From an uncultured Methanosarcinales archaeon (lineage in GTDB: Archaea > Nanobdellota > Nanobdellia > Woesearchaeales > GW2011-AR9), in NCBI GenBank assembly GCA_964510085.1, contig CAZEAB010000001.1, positions 5,753 to 69,752 of the forward strand: a stretch of DNA of 64,000 bases, given 5' to 3'. Every line of letters begins with the position of its first letter. Positions within the stretch are counted from its first letter, which is position 1. A model generated the notes under the pieces. That model saw only the letters and a program-made list of their open reading frames with translations, did no database searches and was not told the origin of the DNA. The position numbers and the translations under genes are program-made. Shown here in pieces: positions 35,985 through 45,839 of this stretch.

Positions 35985-37219
35985 ACATCCCTGTAATATT
36001 AGAAAATGCAAAAGTACTTCAAACAGATATACAAAATAAAATTGACATTATCATCAACGAAACAGATAACGCAAGTGATATCCTATCACGATTACCAAAT
36101 AGAGAAGCGGATTATTTCCGTGGATTTAAGAAAGCAAGTCCTGAAGAACCAAATCCAACTCTCGCAAAAGCACGATATGCAGTAAATTTCAAACATTACC
36201 TGACAGAATTACTTCAAGGATTAGAAGATGATCCAGAGCAATGGATTCTTTCTTTTGAAAAAAATCAAGAGACTATTGGGAACATTATCAAAGAAAACGG
36301 GAAAATTGCTCCAATATTCTGGAAGAAAGTTAATTTACCAAAGATGAAAGCATTAGTTGCCGATATAACTGCGTTAGAAGATGCTCTTGAAAGTGCACAA
36401 CGAGCGGGAACACAATCAGCATTAGAAAAAGCAATAGAACCCGCTCTTGCAATAATCAAGGATATTAAAATTAGATCTGATTTACATCTTACAACAAAAC
36501 AACATGAAGAAGAGATTGCATTGTTTACAAACTTGTATAATCAATTAGCTGTTCTTGTACAACAATATAGAGATCCAAACACACCTGGACAACCAGAACA
36601 AGAAGTGTCTAAGATTAAAAAATATATGCGAGATGAACTTCCTTCTCAATTACAAGAATATGGTGATGAGGAATTACCAGGAAAATTAAAGAATTTCTTC
36701 AAGAAAAGTAAGAAAGTTCCATTATTACGTCCAGCTCCAATGTTAGCATTTGTAGAACGAGCATTACAATACTTAAAACAAGAAAATACAACACAATCTC
36801 GGTTTACTAAAACTCGAGAGAAGATTGTTGCCAAGATTCAATCTCATTTTAATGATAAAAAGAAAGATTTTACAAAAGAAATTGATAGATTACGAAGGTC
36901 TATTAGGTCTGTTATTAACATTGTAACAGAATTTGAAAACGTTGCGCATGATACTCTTGAAGCAACTATGAATAAAGATGAAATCATTGCCCATTTGTTA
37001 GAAAATTATTTTCATTGTTTGGAACTTATTTCAAAAATATCTGATGAATGTGCTAATGAGGGGAGATCCGAAGTTGTTCTTGCAGCCATTGCACAATATG
37101 AAAAATTAATAAAAGAACAAGATACACTAATTAAACAAGGTGAAAAAATAGATTCAGTAATTGGAACGTGGACAACAATTGCTGTTAAGAAATTAGAAAA
37201 AGTGAGGTTGCGTGCATGA
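35981..37219 (+). CDS. Hypothetical all-helical soluble protein
   Basis: ATGA overlap with the upstream gene; charged, helical composition; no recognisable motif. Confidence 0.55.
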   Translation: MNIPVILENAKVLQTDIQNKIDIIINETDNASDILSRLPNREADYFRGFKKASPEEPNPTLAKARYAVNFKHYLTELLQGLEDDPEQWILSFEKNQETIGNIIKENGKIAPIFWKKVNLPKMKALVADITALEDALESAQRAGTQSALEKAIEPALAIIKDIKIRSDLHLTTKQHEEEIALFTNLYNQLAVLVQQYRDPNTPGQPEQEVSKIKKYMRDELPSQLQEYGDEELPGKLKNFFKKSKKVPLLRPAPMLAFVERALQYLKQENTTQSRFTKTREKIVAKIQSHFNDKKKDFTKEIDRLRRSIRSVINIVTEFENVAHDTLEATMNKDEIIAHLLENYFHCLELISKISDECANEGRSEVVLAAIAQYEKLIKEQDTLIKQGEKIDSVIGTWTTIAVKKLEKVRLRA

Positions 37220-38514
37220 ACATTAAAAAAATTCTAAGTATATTACTATTATTCACCCTACTTAGTTTTTCTGTAACCGCTGATTTTGGAGACATCTTAA
37301 CTTCTGTGCAGAATGCATCAACTGGTCTTGATTTATATGATGATCACAAAGAAGCAATTGATATTGGTTTATTATTCCTATTTTTTACATCATTTTTCTG
37401 GGTAGGATTTCAACGTATGTTTAAAGATGCACAACAACAAAGTGGTGTAAAAGTTATGGCATTAGTGTTAGGAATCAGTTTTGCACTATCTTCATTTGTG
37501 GCAGGAATTAGTCCGTTATCTCCTGGACCGTTTATGAAAGCCTTCTTCTTTTTGTTTTTAACTGGAGCCATCTGGTGGATGTTAGTTAAAGTTTTCAAAG
37601 TTGAGAGTAGATGGGGACGTTTTTGGATGTTACCTATTGCGGGTTTATTAGCTCTCTTATTAGTCGCGGCTGTTGACAGCACTCTATTAGATGATGCACA
37701 CGATTTCCCTGGAAAAGAATATGTGGATAGAGCAATTGATTGGGTGAAAGATGTATGGAATAAGGCAGCTAGTTCTGTTCCTTCATTACCAGTAATTCCT
37801 ACTGACCAAGACGATGATGAGGGTGGTGTTGGTTTACCTGATGATCCAACATCCACAGATGGCGAAGGAGATGTAGAAGAAGCTGGTGGATATAGTTTTG
37901 TTTTACTAATACTCGGAATACTTGCTATTGTTCTTGTTATGGTGATTGTTGCAAGAAAGGCCATAGCCAGTAGACGTGGAAGACCTGCACCACCAAGTTC
38001 ACCTCCTTCTGAACCTCCGAGTACTCCTCCTAGTTCGCCCCCTAGCTCTCCGCCGCCACCTGATGAACCTTCTAGACCAACTCCTACTCCTGATAGACCA
38101 ATTGTAGCTGAAACTCCATCTACAACAACTGCTCGTGAAGCTGTAAGACGTGCAGAAGAACCAGTTAGAGAATATGAAGAACGTGCTGCTGAGATTGAAA
38201 GGACCGGTCCATCAAAAGAAACAATGTGGAGTGATGAAGCAAAAGAAGATAGAAAAGCAAGAGCTAAAGAAAGGAAGAAAAGAGAAAGAAAAAAAGGTCG
38301 TGGAACAAGATTTAAAGCAAATTTATTAGGAAAATCAAAACCCAAGAAAGGAATATTCTCAAAATTAAAATTTTGGGAGAAGGATGACGATGAAGAAGAT
38401 AGGCCTTCATTCTCTGAATCAAGAGCACATTTCAAAAAATTATCTGACCCGGTAGAAATGAAAAGAGTACAAGAATTCGATGCATTCGAAGATAACTTGC
38501 GGAGATTACCATGA
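37216..38514 (+). CDS. Membrane protein with acidic loop, Pro/Ser-rich linker and K/R/E-rich tail
   Basis: Signal-like N-terminus, 4-5 TM, 'DQDDDEGG..DGEGDVEE', another TM, 'PPSSPPSEPPSTPPSSPPSSPPPPDEPSRPTPTPDRP', then 'KERKKRERKKGRG'. ATGA overlap on both sides. Confidence 0.6.
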   Translation: MNIKKILSILLLFTLLSFSVTADFGDILTSVQNASTGLDLYDDHKEAIDIGLLFLFFTSFFWVGFQRMFKDAQQQSGVKVMALVLGISFALSSFVAGISPLSPGPFMKAFFFLFLTGAIWWMLVKVFKVESRWGRFWMLPIAGLLALLLVAAVDSTLLDDAHDFPGKEYVDRAIDWVKDVWNKAASSVPSLPVIPTDQDDDEGGVGLPDDPTSTDGEGDVEEAGGYSFVLLILGILAIVLVMVIVARKAIASRRGRPAPPSSPPSEPPSTPPSSPPSSPPPPDEPSRPTPTPDRPIVAETPSTTTAREAVRRAEEPVREYEERAAEIERTGPSKETMWSDEAKEDRKARAKERKKRERKKGRGTRFKANLLGKSKPKKGIFSKLKFWEKDDDEEDRPSFSESRAHFKKLSDPVEMKRVQEFDAFEDNLRRLP

Positions 38515-39872
38515 GCGAAGAGCCAACAAAAAAGTTTCCTGCAAAACATATGCTAGAACTACATTATGTTGTAAAAAGAAAACATTTCCATAGAATTGAA
38601 GAGATTGCATCAGATTATGAAGACGAATTAGCTTCAATTGGTTTAACTCCAGCACAATATGTTACATTAGTTAAAGAATACAAAGCATGGCATGATGGCA
38701 TGATTAGACATTTGCCTAGTTTAATTGACTATTTTGAAAGGAATAACTTTAACCCATTCGAAGATGAAAGAGGGTTTGAAATATCAAACGTCCAAATATT
38801 ATCGTGGCTTCATGCATTACAGAATAAAATTAGAGACGGAAGTGACCCAAATACATATGAAAAATTGATGAAAAAAGTACAAGAGTTTTTAGATAATTAT
38901 GAAAAACACCTTTATTCACTTCCAATGGCAGAAGAGCCAAAAGAAGATAAGGAGATGGAAGAGTATTGGAAGAGAGTACATGATGTCTTGGGCAAAGATT
39001 ATCCATCTTATGAATTAAAAGAAGTAGATACTGTAGAAGAAGCATTACAAGGGTTACAAAGTCTAATTAATGCCCTATTAAATCCACTATGGTTAGAAGC
39101 ACTTCCAGTTCTTCAAGAATTTGAACAGAATTTAGTTGTTCACATTCCAAGAATGGAAGCACCCATAAATTGGACACAAACATACATCACAAGCGTTATT
39201 AGAAAATTAGATGGGTTAATCGACGAGAATACCACTAAGAGTGCAATGTTATTATTTCATTCCTGGTATGCCCAACTTAGCTGGATAATAAAGTATGACG
39301 ATATTTTCAACAAAGAGTTTGAAGGTTATATGGGGATTAGTGAAATGTACAATCAAATCGGATTAGTTTCTGACCACCTGAATTACGCTCCAGATTATGA
39401 AAGAACAGTAGAAGGATTACGTGCATTATTACATTATATTGGTGAAGTGAAGAAACAAAAAACAATTGAAGAAACAGAAGAGTACAAGAGAGTTGTTGCA
39501 TTAGCAAAAGAAACAGAAATAATTGATACTCAACAAATACATGAGTTTTTCAACATTAGTATTGGAGATCAGTTTTCAGCAATGGGTTATTTTGAAGCAC
39601 TAGTTAAAAATAAGATTTTAATTGAAATTAGGAGAGACCAATTTAGTGCTATTGGTTCTACTAAAGCAGTGAAAGATACTAACTTATACGCACAAGCTGT
39701 TGCCATTTATGAAAAAGATAAAAAACAAAAGGAAAAATCATACCAAGGAGACTATTCTGGAATTAGTAGTTACCAACTTACTAAATTAGATATTCCTTAT
39801 CAAATAAAAGACATTCTTTTAGAAGAACTTGAAAGAAATGGAATGAAAGTTCAAGCTAAAAGCCAATTTTAA
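38511..39872 (+). CDS. Hypothetical helical soluble protein
   Basis: ATGA overlap with the upstream gene; 453 aa; no recognisable motif. Confidence 0.55.
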   Translation: MSEEPTKKFPAKHMLELHYVVKRKHFHRIEEIASDYEDELASIGLTPAQYVTLVKEYKAWHDGMIRHLPSLIDYFERNNFNPFEDERGFEISNVQILSWLHALQNKIRDGSDPNTYEKLMKKVQEFLDNYEKHLYSLPMAEEPKEDKEMEEYWKRVHDVLGKDYPSYELKEVDTVEEALQGLQSLINALLNPLWLEALPVLQEFEQNLVVHIPRMEAPINWTQTYITSVIRKLDGLIDENTTKSAMLLFHSWYAQLSWIIKYDDIFNKEFEGYMGISEMYNQIGLVSDHLNYAPDYERTVEGLRALLHYIGEVKKQKTIEETEEYKRVVALAKETEIIDTQQIHEFFNISIGDQFSAMGYFEALVKNKILIEIRRDQFSAIGSTKAVKDTNLYAQAVAIYEKDKKQKEKSYQGDYSGISSYQLTKLDIPYQIKDILLEELERNGMKVQAKSQF

Positions 39873-39888
39873 ATAAATACCAAGAAGT

Positions 39889-40422
39889 CTAAAGAGTTTC
39901 CAAATATTTCAAAAAATCAATGTACTTCTCCTCTTCTACTTCAGTACCCCAAACCATTCTAAGAATGTAATCAATATCTTTGACAGTTGCATCTGCCTTA
40001 GCACGAGCACCTGCGTTATCCTTTGCTTTAAACAGCTTTTTAGCTTCATCAATATCTTGCCGTAACTTTCCTCTTGATCGAGATAATCCTTTAACAAGTG
40101 TATTCAAACCTACATGAATTTTTGTATCAATATCCTTTAAGACTTTTACTAATTTAGCTGGAAGACAACTTTCTAATTCTTTAATATCTTCTTCTTCTTT
40201 CTTTTCTTCACGATTAACATATCGTTCAGTTCTTCCAAGACTTCGACGAACTATCTTCTCTTCGTGTTTCAAGTCTTTTTCTGCTTTATCAAATAAACCG
40301 TGGTCTAAATCATAAATTTCTTTGAGAACTTCTTTCTTCAAATCATCTAGATATTTACTCTCAGCAGCTAATTGACCTAATAGCTTCTCTGCGTGAGCTT
40401 GCATATCTTTTATCTCAGTCAT
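39889..40422 (-). CDS. Hypothetical coiled-coil protein
   Basis: 177 aa, heptad-like K/E-rich composition; convergent with the four-gene operon. Confidence 0.5.
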   Translation of the reverse strand: MTEIKDMQAHAEKLLGQLAAESKYLDDLKKEVLKEIYDLDHGLFDKAEKDLKHEEKIVRRSLGRTERYVNREEKKEEEDIKELESCLPAKLVKVLKDIDTKIHVGLNTLVKGLSRSRGKLRQDIDEAKKLFKAKDNAGARAKADATVKDIDYILRMVWGTEVEEEKYIDFLKYLETL

Positions 40423-40529
40423 ACATTAAACAATCAAAATGCCATATATAAAGTTAACGTGAATTGACTATCTAATTCGTAGAATATAAGCGTAAGCTTT
40501 ATAAACACACCCAATCCCAAACCTACAAA

Positions 40530-40967
40530 ATGACACATATATTAGTCGCTGACCCTCAAGAGCTTATTACCAAAGCTGCTGTAGAGTTAAAGAAGCAAAA
40601 GCTCGTAGAACCTCTTGAATGGGCACAATTTGTAAAAACTGGATCACATAAAGAGAGACTTCCAGATAGTCCAGATTGGTGGTATGCACGATCTGCAGCT
40701 ATATTACGAGCAATAGCAAGACTTGGTCCAATCGGAACACAGAAATTACGTACTAAGTACGGTGGGAAGAAAGATAGAGGACACAAACCAGAAAGATTTC
40801 AAAAAGCATCAGGTTCAATCATTAGAAAAATTTTACAACAACTTGAAAAAGCAGAATTAATCAAACAAACAGAAAAAGGAGTTCACAAAGGAAGAGTATT
40901 AACACCAAAAGGAACTTCATTCTTAGATAAAATTGCTGTACAAGTTGTAAAAGCAAACAAAGAGTAA
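40530..40967 (+). CDS. rps19e: Ribosomal protein eS19
   Basis: 'PDWWYARSAAILRAIARLGPIG', 'KYGG..RG..P', 'GSIIRKILQQLE'. Confidence 0.9.
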   Translation: MTHILVADPQELITKAAVELKKQKLVEPLEWAQFVKTGSHKERLPDSPDWWYARSAAILRAIARLGPIGTQKLRTKYGGKKDRGHKPERFQKASGSIIRKILQQLEKAELIKQTEKGVHKGRVLTPKGTSFLDKIAVQVVKANKE

Positions 40968-40971
40968 GACA

Positions 40972-41145
40972 ATGGCACGACACAAACATCCTTCAAAAAA
41001 GAAACGATTAATTAAGTTAAACAAACAGACAAAGTGGGCTCCTTTTTGGACTGTATTCAAGATTTATGGAAAAGGACAGAGAGTACATCCTTCTCGACAT
41101 ACTGAAGTAAAACGTTCATGGAGACGAACTAAAACTAAAGCATAA
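40972..41145 (+). CDS. rpl39e: Ribosomal protein eL39
   Basis: My translation: MARHKHPSKKKRLIKLNKQTKWAPFWTVFKIYGKGQRVHPSRHTEVKRSWRRTKTKA (57 aa). Not in the ORF track because of its size. TAATG overlap with L31e. Confidence 0.85.
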   Translation: MARHKHPSKKKRLIKLNKQTKWAPFWTVFKIYGKGQRVHPSRHTEVKRSWRRTKTKA

Positions 41146-41552
41146 TGGCAGCAGCAAAAGAAATTGAGAGAACATATAATGTACCTTTACGAAAAGAGTA
41201 CAGAAAAGTACCTCGATGGAGAAAAACTAAGAAAGCTGCTAAAGCATTACGTGAATTTCTTGTAAAACATATGAAATCAGACAATGTTAAGTTAGGAATT
41301 GATGTAAATGATGAATTATGGAAACATGGTATTCGAAATCCACCACACCACATTAAAGTTATTGCAAAGAAAGATGATAAAGGCGAAGTTAAAGTATCAT
41401 TATTTGCTCCAAATAAATCTTTAAAAGTTCCTAAAGCAAAAAAAACAGAACCAAAGAAAGCTTCTGAAAAGAAAGAAGAAGTAAAAGCTGAAGAGAAAAA
41501 GGAAGAAAACAAACCCGAAGCAAAACCTGCTGAAGAACCTAAAACCAAATAA
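41145..41552 (+). CDS. rpl31e: Ribosomal protein eL31 with K/E-rich C-terminal extension
   Basis: 'ERTYNVPLRKEY..PRWRKTKKAAKALREF', 'NDELWKHGIRNPPHHIKV'. Confidence 0.9.
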   Translation: MAAAKEIERTYNVPLRKEYRKVPRWRKTKKAAKALREFLVKHMKSDNVKLGIDVNDELWKHGIRNPPHHIKVIAKKDDKGEVKVSLFAPNKSLKVPKAKKTEPKKASEKKEEVKAEEKKEENKPEAKPAEEPKTK

Positions 41553-41595
41553 TTCTCACAAACTTTTTTAATGTATTACTCTTATTCAAATTCTC

Positions 41596-42528
41596 ATGAA
41601 ACAAATCTTTGTAAAAAAAGAAGAACAAGGAACCTTTGGCAAATTGCCAGAAGAACGTACTACAGAAGAACTTATCAATTATGGAATTGTTAATATTGAT
41701 AAACCAAGAGGACAGACTTCCCATCAGACTTCTGATTATGTAAAGAAAATCCTCAATATATCAAAAGCAGGACACTCTGGAACATTAGACCCTAATGTAA
41801 CCGGCGTACAACCGGTTGCCCTAGGAAATGCGACAAGAATTACTCAATTTCTCTTAACAGCTCCAAAAGAGTATATCTGTCTAATGCATATTCATAAACC
41901 TGTTGAAAAAAAAGATATAGAAGAGATGTTCGAAAAATTTAAAGGAAAAATACGCCAAAGACCTCCAGTAAAGAGCGCAGTAAAACGTGTTGAAAGAACA
42001 AGGGAAGTATATGAATTAGAAATTCTAGAGATTGTCAATCAAGATGTGTTATTTAGAGTTAAATGTCAAGCCGGAACGTACATTCGAGTATTATGCCATA
42101 AAATGGGAGAAGAACTGAAAGTTGGCGCACATATGGCTGAATTACGAAGAACGCAAGCAGGCCCATTTACCGAAGAAGATAATCTTGTTACATTACATGA
42201 ATTACAAGATGCATTTCATTATTATAAAGAAGAGAAACAAGAAAAATTTTTACGGCATTGTATTCAACCTATTGAAAAAGCATTACGACACATCTCAAAA
42301 TGTTGGGTATTTGATACAACTATTGCAAGTGTAAGCCACGGAAGAGATGTCGCAATTCCCGGAATTAGTAAATTAGAGAATTTTAAGAAGGGAGAATATG
42401 TTGCCATCATGACTTTAAAAGAAGAATTAGTTGCAATTGGTGAAGCAGTAATATCTGCTGTTGAGATTAATTCAAAAGAAAAAGGAATCGCTATTACTAC
42501 AAAGAAAGTTTTTATAGAGGCTCAGTAG
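41596..42528 (+). CDS. cbf5: H/ACA RNP pseudouridine synthase Cbf5 (TruB family with PUA domain)
   Basis: 'GHSGTLDPNVTGVQPVALGNATR', 'GTYIRVLCHKMG', C-terminal PUA-like region. Confidence 0.9.
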   Translation: MKQIFVKKEEQGTFGKLPEERTTEELINYGIVNIDKPRGQTSHQTSDYVKKILNISKAGHSGTLDPNVTGVQPVALGNATRITQFLLTAPKEYICLMHIHKPVEKKDIEEMFEKFKGKIRQRPPVKSAVKRVERTREVYELEILEIVNQDVLFRVKCQAGTYIRVLCHKMGEELKVGAHMAELRRTQAGPFTEEDNLVTLHELQDAFHYYKEEKQEKFLRHCIQPIEKALRHISKCWVFDTTIASVSHGRDVAIPGISKLENFKKGEYVAIMTLKEELVAIGEAVISAVEINSKEKGIAITTKKVFIEAQ

Positions 42529-42811
42529 GTTTTACTGTATAACCACAACATACAGCTCTCCATCGATCTACTCCTTCTAAATTTTCAGCAACATTACTTG
42601 GTTCTATATAGAATGAAGATATAACAAGAGCTGAATAGCCTTTTTGTTCTCCTATTTGGTGAAGTGATGCGCGTAAATCTGCTTCCGTACATTGAGATGT
42701 TGGAATTGTTCTAACAAATACTGTAGGAACATATCGTAAACCCTCTTCTAGTGAAGGCAATCTATCTTTTACAGTTTCATGTTCATTAAGATCTTCTATA
42801 ATTAGTACCAT
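42512..42811 (-). CDS. Hypothetical protein
   Basis: 99-aa ORF abutting the metallophosphoesterase gene; no recognisable motif. Confidence 0.35.
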   Translation of the reverse strand: MVLIIEDLNEHETVKDRLPSLEEGLRYVPTVFVRTIPTSQCTEADLRASLHQIGEQKGYSALVISSFYIEPSNVAENLEGVDRWRAVCCGYTVKPTEPL

Positions 42812-43408
42812 TTACTTCAACTCAATAACCTTCCCATCCCATCCAGGATTGACAAGAACTGTTTTTCCTACCTTATCAAAAACTCCAACGGTTTCGTGTA
42901 AATGGCCTGAGACAGAAACCTTTGGTTTTATTCTTTCAATAAATTTACGATAATCAATATTCCCAACATGTCTTTCATCAATTTTATCCAACTTTGTACC
43001 TGCGGGAGGTCCGTGAGTTACTAAAAGAATTTTTTTATCTTTATACTTTCCATACCAACCACGGGCTACTTTTCTAAATGAAGGATCTTCAACTGAGAAA
43101 CCATCTCCACCATATCCTAACATCATGTACTCTCCAATTTTAATTGCTTTTTTATGAAAATTGGTACAGTATTCATAATCTTTTACAATACCATCAAATG
43201 AAGCACCCTCCTCATGATTCCCAGGAATTACATAGAATGGTTTCTTTATGTCATTAAATGACTTAAGAACGTAACGAAGACCTCTACCAAATGTTGATAA
43301 ATCTCCACAACATATCACAAAATCAATGTCTTTCTCCTTTGCTCGAGAAACTAGTTTTTTGATTGCCGATTTATCTTCATGAATATCTGTAAATGCCAGA
43401 AATTTCAT
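42812..43408 (-). CDS. Calcineurin-like metallophosphoesterase
   Basis: 'FLAFTDIHED', 'CCGDLS', 'IPGNHEE', 'LLVTHGPP', 'SGHLHE'. Confidence 0.8.
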   Translation of the reverse strand: MKFLAFTDIHEDKSAIKKLVSRAKEKDIDFVICCGDLSTFGRGLRYVLKSFNDIKKPFYVIPGNHEEGASFDGIVKDYEYCTNFHKKAIKIGEYMMLGYGGDGFSVEDPSFRKVARGWYGKYKDKKILLVTHGPPAGTKLDKIDERHVGNIDYRKFIERIKPKVSVSGHLHETVGVFDKVGKTVLVNPGWDGKVIELK

Positions 43409-44124
43409 TATTCCTCAGCTGACTCTTCCTTAGTTTCTTCAACTTCCGGTTCAGCTTCCTTTTGAACATCTTCCTCTTCAGTAGCTGTTTCAACAACCTT
43501 CTCAGCTTTAGGGCTTTTAACATCATCAAGTTTTTCTGCCTTCTCATCAGATTGTAACTGTAAAAATCGAACTGCAACTTCCTTAACTGGATGAATTTTC
43601 TGCAACTTTTTCTTTGCTGCTGATTGAATTTTCTTATTCACAAGAGTACTTACGAAAGTGCTAAAATCTGTTTTTGATAATTCTTCCTGTAAAAATGATT
43701 CTAAAGCTACACGTAACGCACTTCGTGTTGATCTTTGTGTTCTTCCAAGAGTTACCATAAGAGTCTTAAGAACTACTTTATTTCCGTTCTGAAGAGATAA
43801 TTCAAAGTAATCATCTAACCTGTTTGTATTCTTCCGAACCATTCGTTTAATGTACGTTGGCAATAATCTGTATCCAATTGTAGATGTTTGAAGTGTTGAA
43901 CCTTGAACACCAGAAATTTTGAAAGTGATGTACACATTCTGATCCCGAATGCTTCCTGATAAATTACGTAAATTTACACCCATTGTTCTTCCTACAGCCG
44001 CATCAGCTGCTGGTAAGTATGATTCACCAATTTCTTTTGAACCAAACAATTTAGGTGCAACTATTTTAAACCATGATTTTTTCTTAATTTTGATTTTACT
44101 TACTTTTCTCTTAACTTTTGCCAT
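43408..44124 (-). CDS. rps3ae: Ribosomal protein eS1 (S3Ae) with acidic C-terminal tail
   Basis: 'KKKSWFKIVAPKLFG', 'VGRTMGVNLRNLSG', 'YIKRMVRK'. Confidence 0.9.
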   Translation of the reverse strand: MAKVKRKVSKIKIKKKSWFKIVAPKLFGSKEIGESYLPAADAAVGRTMGVNLRNLSGSIRDQNVYITFKISGVQGSTLQTSTIGYRLLPTYIKRMVRKNTNRLDDYFELSLQNGNKVVLKTLMVTLGRTQRSTRSALRVALESFLQEELSKTDFSTFVSTLVNKKIQSAAKKKLQKIHPVKEVAVRFLQLQSDEKAEKLDDVKSPKAEKVVETATEEEDVQKEAEPEVEETKEESAEE

Positions 44125-44445
44125 TATGTGCTCCTAGATACCCTATTGTGCTTGTGGAGATAGGGTGTTTATAAATGTTACGGGTAAAAACTAATACCTA
44201 TGACGTTCCAAAAAATCTTTGTTTTTTTATAGGTTTTTTAAAAAATACTACTTTTAACTAAAACAAAATAACTCAATTTCTTGCTTCTTTTTAAAATAAA
44301 TAACTAAAAAGCACCTAAAAACAGGAATCAACATTATTTTATTGCCCCACATTACTAAAAAAAGAGAGAAATATTAATTCAAATAAACAAAAACAGGAAC
44401 TTTTGTAGAAACATTTTTATAAACCAAGACATTTACAAAAATAAG

Positions 44446-44967
44446 ATGGAGTATCAACTTAGAAAAACAGGGATCGGGAGCGAGGGTGGTAGAAACTTTT
44501 TTCTAGCTAGATCAGGAAGAAATTTGGAATATGGTCCAGACATAGTCCACGTTTTACACGATGTTTTTAATGGATCTCCTGCACAGTTAAAAATTGACGA
44601 TAAAAGCCATGTTTCGGGAACATATAAAGCAGTGGTGGGATTAATTGAAGAGGGACACCAATTAAGTCTATCAGGTACACACCACCAAAGGACAGCAGGC
44701 ACAGAGTATACAATAAAAAGAGTTGACCCAGATGAAAGCCCAGCATATTTAGCACAAAGTTCAAAGAACATACACGTTCGTCACGATTTCATGCAGGTCT
44801 TAGGAGATGTTTTCAAAGCTAACCAAACTACACCAGTTTATATTAAAGCAGACACATTACCTGCAAAATATGCACGAGTTGCTCAACTTGCACAAAGAGG
44901 ACATAACGCACGAGTTTTAGGAGGGATTGAAATGATTGTTAGTGAGGAAGCAGAACAAGTACATTAG
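44446..44967 (+). CDS. Hypothetical protein with internal two-fold repeat
   Basis: The two halves share a pattern ('HVLHDVFNG..LKID..' versus 'MQVLGDVFKAN..YIKAD..'). More GC-rich than the flanks. Confidence 0.45.
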   Translation: MEYQLRKTGIGSEGGRNFFLARSGRNLEYGPDIVHVLHDVFNGSPAQLKIDDKSHVSGTYKAVVGLIEEGHQLSLSGTHHQRTAGTEYTIKRVDPDESPAYLAQSSKNIHVRHDFMQVLGDVFKANQTTPVYIKADTLPAKYARVAQLAQRGHNARVLGGIEMIVSEEAEQVH

Positions 44968-45026
44968 TTTCTTTTTAATTACACAAACTCACAAAACTTT
45001 ATTAACCATAATCCTATACCAACAAT

Positions 45027-45623
45027 ATGCAACCATACACACCAACAACAGACCACACAACCGCAGTCTGTTCATTAATGTCAATTATTAATTTCTTTAA
45101 TCCCAATTTCAAACTAAACCAAGATAACGAGTTTAAAATATGGAAAAATACAGTAAATGTCCCCACAAAAGGTGCGTCTGTTTACGGCCTTGCAATTCAA
45201 GCAAAAGAACAGGGACTAAAACCAATAATAATAGTCGAAGATACAGAATACGAATTTCCAGACTATAGGTTTTACCGTTACACAAAAAAAGATATTGAAG
45301 ACGCATCATTCTCAGAGAAACAATATGTTAAACAAGCCAATAAAGAACAGATAGAAATCATAACGAGAGACATTACATTAAATGAAATTAAACCCCTTCT
45401 TGAAAAAGCAATCATTCTTTTACGAATTAACATAAAACCTTTCACAAATGACAAAAATTCTTCACAGTATATTGTGATAGAGAAATATGAGAACCAAGAA
45501 TACACCATAATAGAACCTTCTCAAGGCAAACTCCAAGTAACTGAAGAACAGTTTGAAGAAGCATTTGAATCTCTTGAAACCAAGAAACACAGAGGTTATA
45601 GAATGGTCATATTTGAAAAGTAG
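45027..45623 (+). CDS. Papain-fold peptidase C39-like protein
   Basis: N-terminal 'TTAVCSLMSIINFF' resembles the catalytic-Cys region of C39-like domains; size about 200 aa. Assignment is tentative. Confidence 0.4.
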   Translation: MQPYTPTTDHTTAVCSLMSIINFFNPNFKLNQDNEFKIWKNTVNVPTKGASVYGLAIQAKEQGLKPIIIVEDTEYEFPDYRFYRYTKKDIEDASFSEKQYVKQANKEQIEIITRDITLNEIKPLLEKAIILLRINIKPFTNDKNSSQYIVIEKYENQEYTIIEPSQGKLQVTEEQFEEAFESLETKKHRGYRMVIFEK

Positions 45624-45839
45624 GTTTTTGTATACTGATACCTTTTTCTGCAAAGTGAGACAAATAAATAAACAACAAAATAGTTGGGAAACTCAAAATA
45701 AATGCAAAAATAAGCCCCATTTATAAAACCACAACCATAGACTGCCCCCAAAAACAACAAAATGACAAATACTTCCAAAAATCGCAACATTTAAATAGTT
45801 TTACCATTTACTTTTTCATGAAAAGAGGTTTTTCATTCT

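Noticed and set aside
37410-38549. 379-aa minus-strand ORF
   Set aside because: It is antisense to the third gene of the coupled operon. It stays open only because the Pro/Ser- and Lys/Glu-rich coding region lacks stops on the opposite strand. The sense gene fits the ATGA-coupled operon structure.
41135-41548. 137-aa minus-strand ORF
   Set aside because: It is antisense shadow of the clearly recognisable eL31 gene.
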